NCBI GenBank assembly: GCA_050250855.1
Contig: JBFWNW010000002.1
Span: 69,925-133,924, forward strand
DNA: 64,000 nt
Reading direction: 5' to 3'
DNA from: Candidatus Babeliales bacterium
GTDB lineage: Bacteria > Babelota > Babeliae > Babelales > JACPOV01
Part shown: positions 1 through 8,158 of the stretch, one piece after another
Numbering within the stretch: position 1 is the first letter of the stretch
How the letters are laid out: each line of letters opens with the position of its first letter
The notes under the pieces: generated by a model
The model's input: the letters and a program-made list of their open reading frames with translations, nothing else
Database searches by the model: none
Told to the model about the DNA's origin: nothing
Program-made: the position numbers and the translations under genes

Positions 1-113
1 AAATAGCATGAGGCTCTTTTAGTACAAAGCTAGAGAAAAGAGCGTTTTCAAAGTGGATGACCGTTGCGTCAGCAATGAAAGAGCAGCATGCAATGCAATA
101 AGAGGCATCCATT

Positions 114-1703
114 ATGAATACTTTTAAAACATTTAATCTTCACCCTGATTTAATAGCTACCCTGGAAACATTGGGTATAACTACCCCCACCGAAATACAG
201 ACTCAAACCCTACCAATTTTACTTTCCCAAAACAAAGATTTTCATGGGCAAGCTCAAACAGGAACAGGGAAAACATTAGCTTTTGGCCTTCCTTTACTCA
301 GCAACATTAAAGCTGACAATAAAAAGACCCAAGCCCTTGTTGTGGCCCCAACCAGAGAACTTGTCGTACAAATTTTCCAAAGCTTACAACCTTTAGCTCA
401 GGCTCGTGGTATTTCTATTGCCGCTATTTATGGTGGTGTTTCTATAGAAAATCAGTTCAGAGACCTTAAAAAAGGGGTTCAGGTTGTTATAGGTACACCG
501 GGCCGCTTAAATGACCATTTAAAGCGAAAATCGTTGTCTTTAAGCACTATTCAGACGCTTGTCCTTGATGAAGCTGATATCATGCTTGATATGGGCTTTA
601 GAGAGGAAATAGATGAAATTCTACAATTTACTCCGCAAGACCGTAATATTTGGCTCTTTTCTGCTACCGTGAAATCAGGAATTAGCGAGCTTATGAAAAC
701 TCATATGAAGGACCCTGCTTCAGTACGCGCATCGCAAAAAAATGTAGGGAACTCAAATACTAAGCAGTACTTTTGCACTGTTCCTAAAAAATATCGCTTT
801 GAAGCTCTCTTGCGCTTTATTACCAATACTCCTTCATTCTATGGCTTTATTTTTTGCCAAACAAAAATAGAAACAGCAGAACTTGCAGAAAAATTAGCTG
901 CTAAAGGATTAAGCTCTAATGCCCTCCATGGCGATATGAATCAAGCAAATAGAAATCGTGTTATTAAAGATTTTAAAAATAAAAAATTTAGCGTGCTTGT
1001 GGCAACTGACGTTGCAGCTCGTGGTATTGACGTTGCTGATATTACGCACGTTATTAACTACCAGCTTCCAGAAGACCATGAGTCGTATGTTCACCGTGTA
1101 GGAAGAACAGGACGTGCTGGTAAAGAAGGTACTGCTATTACGTTAATTAATCCACGTGAAGTACATACTATAAAAACATTACAAAAACGTTTTGGTGTTG
1201 CTATTGAAGCAATAGAAGTTCCTTCTGTAGAAGCTATGTATGACCGCCAAATTCAGGAAGCTCACAGTTTTGTAGAATCTATGCAAAGTACCACTACAAA
1301 AAAATCTCATTTAGAAAAGCTACAAGCATTACTGAAAAATTATTCAACAGCTCAAATTAATACAGTAATACTATCGCTCCTTGATGAAAAATTCTTCAAG
1401 AATATTGATGATACACCGGTTAATTTCAGTGCTGCAGTAGAAGTCGACAATCGTTACCATAATGCTGATGTTGGTGAAATTATGATTAACGTTGGCTCGC
1501 AAGACGGCATTCAAACCCAGGATATTTTACATTACTTATTGCAAGATAAAAGTCTTAACAAGCGCAACATTGGCAAAATTCGAGTTATTAAGAAACGTAG
1601 TTTTGTTAAAATTCCACATGAAAAAGTTAATGATATTATTACAGCACTTAAAGGCAAAACTATTCGCGGACGTCGCGTATATATTGCTGCTGTAACACAG
1701 TAA
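114..1703 (+). CDS. DEAD-box ATP-dependent RNA helicase with C-terminal DbpA-type RNA-binding domain
   Basis: 529-aa ORF. Motif I AQTGTGKT, motif II VLDEAD, motif III SAT, motif VI HRVGRTGRAG. AAGAGG Shine-Dalgarno-like sequence 8 nt upstream. Confidence 0.95.
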   Translation: MNTFKTFNLHPDLIATLETLGITTPTEIQTQTLPILLSQNKDFHGQAQTGTGKTLAFGLPLLSNIKADNKKTQALVVAPTRELVVQIFQSLQPLAQARGISIAAIYGGVSIENQFRDLKKGVQVVIGTPGRLNDHLKRKSLSLSTIQTLVLDEADIMLDMGFREEIDEILQFTPQDRNIWLFSATVKSGISELMKTHMKDPASVRASQKNVGNSNTKQYFCTVPKKYRFEALLRFITNTPSFYGFIFCQTKIETAELAEKLAAKGLSSNALHGDMNQANRNRVIKDFKNKKFSVLVATDVAARGIDVADITHVINYQLPEDHESYVHRVGRTGRAGKEGTAITLINPREVHTIKTLQKRFGVAIEAIEVPSVEAMYDRQIQEAHSFVESMQSTTTKKSHLEKLQALLKNYSTAQINTVILSLLDEKFFKNIDDTPVNFSAAVEVDNRYHNADVGEIMINVGSQDGIQTQDILHYLLQDKSLNKRNIGKIRVIKKRSFVKIPHEKVNDIITALKGKTIRGRRVYIAAVTQ

Positions 1704-1724
1704 AATATAATTCAAAAATTTGAA

Positions 1725-1757
1725 AGGAGCCGATTAAACTCGGCTCCTTTTGCTTTT
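1725..1757 (+). terminator. Rho-independent terminator after the helicase gene
   Basis: aggagccga / ttaaac / tcggctcct 9-bp stem followed by tttgctttt. Confidence 0.8.
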
Positions 1758-1821
1758 ATGTTGCATAATTTTTCCTTCAAGGTACCCTAGTGTATGAATT
1801 TCAATCTTGAAGGAGACTTTT

Positions 1822-2577
1822 ATGAATAAAAAAATTACCCTATCACTCGCTTTACTTACTTCTATTTTTAGCTCTCTTTTTGCAGATCAAATCTATACCC
1901 CGCAAACAGCTGTTATTGGCTGGGAATTACCAAACATTTTGCTCGAAAGCACCTGTCCTTCTAAAGCTGGTATTATTTGGGAAATTTTTAGTGATGCAGA
2001 AAATAAATGGGACTTAGTAAAACTTCTCTTTAATGGAGAATTAAGAAAAGATATAAAAGAACTAGCGCGCAGAAGTGATTATGTTATCGATGAAATTGTT
2101 GAAAAATTAAGTGACAAATACCCAGCGCTTGCTCCGCATGCAAACAACATTATGGATCTGGTAACAGAATTTGAAATAATCAATGAAACTTTCCAAGTAT
2201 TACAAGAATGCAAACAATGTGGTTATAAAAATTTTATTATCTCAAACATTGGCGCAGAGTCGCTACGCTTAATAAGCTCAAAACTGCCTGATTTTTTTGA
2301 ACTTTTTGATGGGATTGTTGTTGCACATGAGCAAGAAAATAATGATGATAAATGGATTGCAAAACCACAAAGCGAATATTACAAGGATATGCGTGAAGAA
2401 TTAACGCAACAGGGAATCAATAGTAATATCATAGTTATTTGCATTGATAGTAAAAAAGAAAATATTGACGCTCTTATAAAACTTTCAGAATTTAATATGA
2501 AAGCAGTTAGATACAAAAACCCTGACCAACTACGCAAACAATTAACGCGTTTGGGTGTACTTACCGCTGCAGCATAA
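1822..2577 (+). CDS. Secreted HAD-superfamily-like protein with a degenerate catalytic motif I
   Basis: ATG at 1822 is preceded by AGGAGA; the track ORF begins at a TTG at 1807. Signal peptide MNKKITLSLALLTSIFSSLFA. Paralogue of 5102..5848. HAD motif II (ISN), III (KP) and IV (CIDSKKEN) are recognisable, but motif I reads GWELPN. Confidence 0.6.
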   Translation: MNKKITLSLALLTSIFSSLFADQIYTPQTAVIGWELPNILLESTCPSKAGIIWEIFSDAENKWDLVKLLFNGELRKDIKELARRSDYVIDEIVEKLSDKYPALAPHANNIMDLVTEFEIINETFQVLQECKQCGYKNFIISNIGAESLRLISSKLPDFFELFDGIVVAHEQENNDDKWIAKPQSEYYKDMREELTQQGINSNIIVICIDSKKENIDALIKLSEFNMKAVRYKNPDQLRKQLTRLGVLTAAA

Positions 2578-2585
2578 AGGCCGCT

Positions 2586-2918
2586 ATGATTAGTTACCAA
2601 GATTTTGAAAAAGTTGATATTCGTACAGGAACAATTATTGAAGTTCAAGAATTCCCTGAAGCACGAAAACCTGCTTATAAATTAACTATCGACTTTGGCA
2701 AAGAACTAGGTGTAAAAAAGTCTTCTGCTCAGATAACACAAAATTACAGTCGCCAGGAACTTATTGGCAAACAGATTATTGCCGTAGTCAATTTTGGCCC
2801 TAAACAGATAGGGCCCTTCATTTCTGAAGTATTAACACTCGGGCTAGCACAAGAAGATGGCGCTGTTGTTTTGGTAGCACCAACTAAAACAGTTCCCAAT
2901 GGAACGAAACTTTTTTAA
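2586..2918 (+). CDS. csaA: tRNA-binding-domain chaperone CsaA
   Basis: Near-collinear match to B. subtilis CsaA as I recall it: DFEKVDIRTGTI..EFPEARKPAYKL.IDFG.E.G.K.SSAQIT...VNF.P...G..SEVL.LG...VPNGTK. Confidence 0.9.
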   Translation: MISYQDFEKVDIRTGTIIEVQEFPEARKPAYKLTIDFGKELGVKKSSAQITQNYSRQELIGKQIIAVVNFGPKQIGPFISEVLTLGLAQEDGAVVLVAPTKTVPNGTKLF

Positions 2919-2920
2919 AT

Positions 2921-3436
2921 ATGAAAACTCTGCATTCAACTACTTTTGAAACACTGCTGGGCACTATGCTTGCCATAGCAGATGAAAATTTTTTGTATCT
3001 TTTAGAGTTTACTGAACGCAAAAACCTTACAAAAGAACTTAAAAATTTACAAAAAAATTATGCTATCGTTCCTGGTACCACCAAAATAACCGAATCTATC
3101 AAACAAGAGATAAAAGGCTATTTTGCCGGAAAACTGCAACAATTCAAAACACCAATCAAAGTATCAGGAACGCCATTCCAAGAAAAAACCTGGCAAGCAC
3201 TCGCAAAAATTCCTTTTGGCAGTACGCAAAGTTATGCTCAACAAGCAATCTCTATGCATAAACCAAAAGCATGCCGCGCGGTTGCAAAAGCAAATAGCAC
3301 CAATCAACTTGTTATTATTATTCCATGTCATCGGATAATTAATAAAAGTGGAAAACTTGGTGGCTATGCTGCTGGCCTTGCACGCAAGCAATGGCTCCTT
3401 GAGCATGAAAAACAAGTAGCTATGAGATCAATTTAA
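2921..3436 (+). CDS. ogt: Methylated-DNA--protein-cysteine methyltransferase
   Basis: Active-site IPCHRII motif, FGSTQSYAQQA and GGYAAGL helix-turn-helix region. 171 aa. Confidence 0.9.
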   Translation: MKTLHSTTFETLLGTMLAIADENFLYLLEFTERKNLTKELKNLQKNYAIVPGTTKITESIKQEIKGYFAGKLQQFKTPIKVSGTPFQEKTWQALAKIPFGSTQSYAQQAISMHKPKACRAVAKANSTNQLVIIIPCHRIINKSGKLGGYAAGLARKQWLLEHEKQVAMRSI

Positions 3437-3674
3437 ATCGCGGTTGTTCTTGATTATCTATAAGAACAGTTTCACAGAATTTGTTTAGCGATCTTGCAAA
3501 GATAGGGTTATCGCCAAGCTTTGGGTCATTATAAAGCCCTTGATACACAACCCATTGTTCAAGATCATCAGCTTCGCTATTCCATACAAGCATTAAAATT
3601 TTATAACGTTTACCTTTATAGTGCTCGTAAACATCATGGGCAGATGGTTTTTTAAAATTCCCTTGAGTAAGCAT
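3420..3674 (-). CDS. DUF1653-family small protein
   Basis: YEHYKGKRYKIL...VVYQGLY pattern typical of DUF1653. 84 aa. Its 3' end overlaps ogt convergently. Confidence 0.7.
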   Translation of the reverse strand: MLTQGNFKKPSAHDVYEHYKGKRYKILMLVWNSEADDLEQWVVYQGLYNDPKLGDNPIFARSLNKFCETVLIDNQEQPRFKLIS

Positions 3675-3733
3675 TGTTAACTCCTTTGTAGTAACTTAAA
3701 TTTTTGTCTGATTGCTTGGTGCAGTATAAAAAC

Positions 3734-4120
3734 CTACTTTAATTCTACTTCTTGTTCTTCTAAACTCTTGTAAAAAGCAGAGCGTAGCCATACTTTATCA
3801 ACTGCTTGAAGAGCTACAGCAAATACTGCATAATGAAATGCCGCCCATAAACCCATATAAGAACTCCTCTGCAGAGAACTTTTGATATCGCGACGGCCAA
3901 GGTCACTTATTGTGCATATAGTAATTGGAAACAAAAATTTATATGCCGCCCATGTCCCTACCATAATTGATGCAGCATTTATATTAGCACGAACATTAAA
4001 GTACCAATCAGTTGAACTATATTGCTTTGGCAAATTATTTTTTTCACTTGAAAAGGTTGTACTTATTGCAGAAGAAAGCAATACTACCAATGCAAAATTT
4101 TTATAATGAGCTAAAAACAT
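3734..4120 (-). CDS. Hypothetical exported or membrane protein, paralogue of 4252..4890
   Basis: Shares MFL..YKNFAL..LL N-terminus, DWYFNVR.N.N.A.I and YKSLEEQ blocks with the neighbouring gene. Confidence 0.6.
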   Translation of the reverse strand: MFLAHYKNFALVVLLSSAISTTFSSEKNNLPKQYSSTDWYFNVRANINAASIMVGTWAAYKFLFPITICTISDLGRRDIKSSLQRSSYMGLWAAFHYAVFAVALQAVDKVWLRSAFYKSLEEQEVELK

Positions 4121-4194
4121 ATACTCTCCTCATAGTGTTAATATAAAAAATTAAAATCTAGCTTCATACTAAACATCGATAAAGAAAATATACA

Positions 4195-4229
4195 ATAAAA
4201 AAAGGGCTGAGAAAAATCCCAGCCCTTTA
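4195..4229 (-). terminator. Rho-independent terminator of 4252..4890
   Basis: Minus strand reads aaagggctg-loop-cagcccttt followed by ttttttatt. Confidence 0.75.
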
Positions 4230-4251
4230 AATAGTTTTTTTGGTCTATATC

Positions 4252-4890
4252 TTAGTTTGCTTCTTGCTCTTCTGCTGCAACAGCAACCTCTTCTTTTTGA
4301 ACAGCATCACTACTTGCTTCATTAGCTAAACTCGCTGCATTTTCAAGTACAACCATAAAAGGATGTTTTTCTGTCTCTTTATACTCAGCTTCAGTTTGTT
4401 TTTCTGAACTCTTCAAGCAGGATTTCATTATAGCCTCAATACGATTTATCTCATCCTTAAGCATAACCACAAAAGAATTATTTTCTGCCTCTTTATGCTC
4501 AGCTTTATTTTGCTCTTCTAAGCTCTTGTAGTAAGCAGGGCTAAGCCATAGTTTATCAATTGCTTTCAGGGCTAAAATCATACCTGCATAGGAAAACATA
4601 TGGGGAAGTCCATACTGAGAAGCATTGTAAAAAGCATCTGCAAAAGAACAAGGATGAATAAACATGCTCCCCTTTACCTTAAAACTACGGATTAGATAAA
4701 TATATTCAGATACTGCATAAGTTCCTGCAATAATTGCTGCAGAATTCAAGTTAGTACGAACATTAAAATACCAGTCAGCTGCGCTGTGCCCTTTTGGCAA
4801 AGATTTTTCTTGCTCTCCTGAAACTGCTGTACCAACTATAGAGAAAAGCAATGCAGCTAATGCAAAGTTTTTATAACGAGACAGAAACAT
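4252..4890 (-). CDS. Hypothetical exported or membrane protein with a repeated acidic C-terminal tail
   Basis: Paralogue of 3734..4120. The C-terminus has an internal repeat: KAEHKEAENNSFVVMLKDE and EAEYKETEKHPFMVVLENA. Confidence 0.6.
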   Translation of the reverse strand: MFLSRYKNFALAALLFSIVGTAVSGEQEKSLPKGHSAADWYFNVRTNLNSAAIIAGTYAVSEYIYLIRSFKVKGSMFIHPCSFADAFYNASQYGLPHMFSYAGMILALKAIDKLWLSPAYYKSLEEQNKAEHKEAENNSFVVMLKDEINRIEAIMKSCLKSSEKQTEAEYKETEKHPFMVVLENAASLANEASSDAVQKEEVAVAAEEQEAN

Positions 4891-5101
4891 AAAATCCCCT
4901 ACAAGGTTAATTTTGTTATAATAAAGATTAGATCTGCCTTAAGAATAACTTCTACTATAAAAATGTCAATTCAAAAGAACTGCTTGCCCATCACCTTTTA
5001 ATTCAAATAGAAAACTATAAATAACGCCTTTTTGACTTTTTTTTAAAAATCTATAATGTTATACATATATGGGTAAAAAATAGCTATAAATGGAGGCTAT
5101 C

Positions 5102-5848
5102 ATGCAAAAACGGTTATTATTATCTCTTTCCCTGCTTTTGGCAAGTTCTTCACTCTTTTGCCAACAAGAAACACCTAAACTTAATAACACTAATACGATC
5201 ATTGCCTGGGATTTTCATGACGTTTTAGTAAGAAAAAATTGGTCTAATATAGGGTCTTCTGCCCTTAATTTGATAAAAAAAGATTGGAGTCTTTTAGGCT
5301 ATTTATTCTCTCCTATTTCATTTTATATTCCAGCGTATAGAATAATAAAAAATTCAAGCAACCCTGAAGAAATTGTTGATAAACTGATCAGCAATTATGG
5401 TTATTTAAAACAACATGAAGATGACCTTTTAAATCTTGTTAATCAGCATGACCTTATTCCAGAATCTGTTACTGCACTAGAGCTCTTAAAAAAACAAGGT
5501 TACAAAAATTACCTAGCTTCAAATATGGGACCAAAATCATACACAATAAATCAAAAACGTTTTTCAGAATTTATGAATAAGTTTGATGGTAAATTTATTC
5601 CTTCTGACAATACTGAACAGGATAAAAAACCAAAACCATTTTTAGAATATTTTTATGGTCTGCGATCATTTCTTAATACACAAAAAGATATAACAGATCA
5701 AACAACTATCATTTTCCTTGATGATAGTGCAAAAAACATTAAAGCAGCAAATGAATCTCAAAAAAATATTATTGGGCTGCACGTTACTGATCCCAAAAAT
5801 ATAAAAAATCTTTTGAATAACCATATTACTCTAAATCAGGATGTATAA
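5102..5848 (+). CDS. Secreted HAD-superfamily hydrolase-like protein
   Basis: GGAGG lies 5 nt before the ATG at 5102. Signal peptide MQKRLLLSLSLLLASSSLFC. Motif I-like AWDFHDVL, motif II ASN, motif III KKPKP, motif IV FLDDSAKN. Confidence 0.65.
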   Translation: MQKRLLLSLSLLLASSSLFCQQETPKLNNTNTIIAWDFHDVLVRKNWSNIGSSALNLIKKDWSLLGYLFSPISFYIPAYRIIKNSSNPEEIVDKLISNYGYLKQHEDDLLNLVNQHDLIPESVTALELLKKQGYKNYLASNMGPKSYTINQKRFSEFMNKFDGKFIPSDNTEQDKKPKPFLEYFYGLRSFLNTQKDITDQTTIIFLDDSAKNIKAANESQKNIIGLHVTDPKNIKNLLNNHITLNQDV

Positions 5849-7284
5849 TGAAATTATTTAACTACGCTATACCGTTCTTTCTTTTTGCAACCTTTTCAAC
5901 GCCACTATTAAGTAAAAAAACCAAAACAAAAAAATATGATTGGCAAAAAGAAGACCACTGGAATTGGTCAACAGTTGACTCCATGAGCAATGAAGATTTC
6001 TGGCAGCAATTAACACGCTTCTTCCCTCAAGATTTTGCTTGGGGTGTTGCAACATCAGCATTCCAAATGGAAGGAACACAATCTGCTCATGGCAAACATT
6101 GTTTAAATAGTTGGACTAAAAATGCACAACTTGCTCAACCGGGCATTGCAACTGGCCACTGGGATCGTTACAAAGAAGACGTTCAGTTGATTAAAAAAGC
6201 AGGTTTTACGCACTACCGCTTTTCTATAGAATGGAGCAAAGTTGAGCCTGAATGTGGTGTTTTTGACGAAGATGCTCTGCAGCATTATAGTGATCTTGTT
6301 GATGAACTTATCGCCAACGGCATTACTCCCATTCCTTGCCTTTTCCATCATGCATGGCCGCTGTGGTTTGATGATAAAGATCATTTTGAAAAAACAGAAA
6401 ATATCCATTATTTTACCCAATTTGCTTTATACGTATTTGAAAAACTGCATCACAAAATTCAGATGTGGATGACGTTTAATGAACCTGCCGGTTATGCAAT
6501 GGCTGCTTACGTTGATGCAAAATATCCACCGTGCAAAAAACTTGCCTTTAAAGAATGTGGCATTTGGCTTAAAAATGTTTTAAATGCGCACGTTGCTGTT
6601 GCTATGAAATTTAAAGAGATTAACCCAACAGTACAAGTTGGCTTTCCTCATATGTTCAATCCTTTAGATCCTTACAATAGTTGGAATCCTTGCGATTATA
6701 AAATAACAGGAGAATTTAACTATTTACTCCATGATGTAACGCTCAATTTCTTTAAAACAGGACATTTTGATTGGAAAATTTCTTTATTTGGTATGAATAC
6801 CTATCGCATTCGTGATTACAACAAAAATGCACCAAAGTCACTCGATTATTTAGGTGTTAACTATTACAGCCATACCACTATAGGTTGGTTTAAGCGTAAA
6901 GTGCGTGAAAATGAACCTTATACTGGCGGTAAGAATGGCAGAACTATTTATCCAGAAGGTTTGTATCGTTCTATTAAAAAAGCCAATGAACTTGCAACTG
7001 CTCTTAACATTCCGCTTTATATTGCAGAAAATGGTGTTAACGATCCACAAGACATTTGGAAAAATGAGTTCTTAAAAAAACATTTATCAGTTATTACACG
7101 AGCAATGCAAGAAGGCATTGATATTCGTGGCTACTACTGGTGGACTTTGCTTGATTCATTCTCATGGTCCCACAATACTGATAGCAAAATGGGTTTTTAT
7201 GCTGTTGATGAAAACCTTAACAGAACATTACGCTTTGGCGTTCAGCCTTTTATTGAATTCATGAAAACAGTACAAGCGAGTTAA
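5848..7284 (+). CDS. Glycoside hydrolase family 1 beta-glucosidase with an N-terminal signal sequence
   Basis: GH1 acid/base motif TFNEP and nucleophile motif YIAENG. Also WGVATSAFQMEG and YRFSIEWSK. Start overlaps the upstream stop by 1 nt. Confidence 0.9.
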   Translation: MKLFNYAIPFFLFATFSTPLLSKKTKTKKYDWQKEDHWNWSTVDSMSNEDFWQQLTRFFPQDFAWGVATSAFQMEGTQSAHGKHCLNSWTKNAQLAQPGIATGHWDRYKEDVQLIKKAGFTHYRFSIEWSKVEPECGVFDEDALQHYSDLVDELIANGITPIPCLFHHAWPLWFDDKDHFEKTENIHYFTQFALYVFEKLHHKIQMWMTFNEPAGYAMAAYVDAKYPPCKKLAFKECGIWLKNVLNAHVAVAMKFKEINPTVQVGFPHMFNPLDPYNSWNPCDYKITGEFNYLLHDVTLNFFKTGHFDWKISLFGMNTYRIRDYNKNAPKSLDYLGVNYYSHTTIGWFKRKVRENEPYTGGKNGRTIYPEGLYRSIKKANELATALNIPLYIAENGVNDPQDIWKNEFLKKHLSVITRAMQEGIDIRGYYWWTLLDSFSWSHNTDSKMGFYAVDENLNRTLRFGVQPFIEFMKTVQAS

Positions 7285-7291
7285 AAACTAA

Positions 7292-7327
7292 AAAGGGCCG
7301 GCTAAACACCGGCCCTTTATTCTTTTT
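7292..7327. terminator. Bidirectional hairpin terminator between convergent genes
   Basis: aaagggccgg / ctaaaca / ccggcccttt, with an A-run before and a T-run after. Confidence 0.8.
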
Positions 7328-7340
7328 CTAAAAAAACTAA

Positions 7341-7976
7341 TTATGAAACTAAAGGATAAATTTCAACGCGGCGGTTAGCAGCTTGGCCTTCCTTAGTTAC
7401 CGCTTGCTCCATAATCATAGGCTCATCATAGCCAACGCCAATCAAAATGCGTTTGCTTTCTGGCACGCCAAGCATATTTGCAGCATGAATAGCACGCTCA
7501 TTAGATCTAATCATATTATATAAAGAATCACCTTTTGGCGACCAACAGCAAGCATGGCCACGGAAGACAATTTTATAGCCTTTCTTTTGCCATTTATTAA
7601 TTTCTGAGCGCACTGCTTTAAGCTGAGCTTTTTGATCCGCTCGCGGCTCATTACTGTCATAATCAAAATAAATGCAGCATTTCTCTCCCTCAGTACGGGC
7701 TGGTTTTAAGCGGAATTCTTCTTTTGCATCAGCCTTCGCTACCACCATTCCTTTATCATGAGACTCTTCGTCTAAAACAAAGGTTTCTACGTCATCAAAT
7801 GTATTAGTATCTTCATCAAAAAAGCTTAAAAGGGTTCCTTTTGAATCACCACCTAAAGGCATAGCTAATTTTTGGCCCTCAGTATCAGGCTTAACTTCCT
7901 TGACCTGCTTGTCTCCACAGCCGGCAAGAACTCCTAGTAAGATAATAAAAAGGGGGAATAAATTGCGTTTTTTCAT
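7341..7976 (-). CDS. OmpA/Pal-like peptidoglycan-associated lipoprotein
   Basis: Internal start MKKRNLFPLFIILLGVLAGC carries a lipobox (LAGC) and is preceded by GGAG. C-terminal OmpA-like domain ends in NRRVEIYPL. The longer track ORF to 8198 would overlap rng. Confidence 0.8.
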   Translation of the reverse strand: MKKRNLFPLFIILLGVLAGCGDKQVKEVKPDTEGQKLAMPLGGDSKGTLLSFFDEDTNTFDDVETFVLDEESHDKGMVVAKADAKEEFRLKPARTEGEKCCIYFDYDSNEPRADQKAQLKAVRSEINKWQKKGYKIVFRGHACCWSPKGDSLYNMIRSNERAIHAANMLGVPESKRILIGVGYDEPMIMEQAVTKEGQAANRRVEIYPLVS

Positions 7977-8158
7977 AGAAATCTCCTCTAAAAAACTCAT
8001 TATACTCAGGTTCAGATAGGGGAAACGTACCATATTTTTAACTATTTTACTAGAAGATTCTCTCGTTTCCTGTAATTTGTTGTACGAATAAGGTATACTA
8101 GAATTATACCTGGTTAAGGTTAAAAAATTATAGTTATTTAGGGGCGGATTGGAGATCC

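Noticed and set aside
13-48. Hairpin gctctttt...aaaagagc followed by gtttt at the window start, as a possible terminator of an upstream gene
   Set aside because: The loop is 15 nt and the U-tract is short. The upstream gene is outside the window, so the call cannot be supported.
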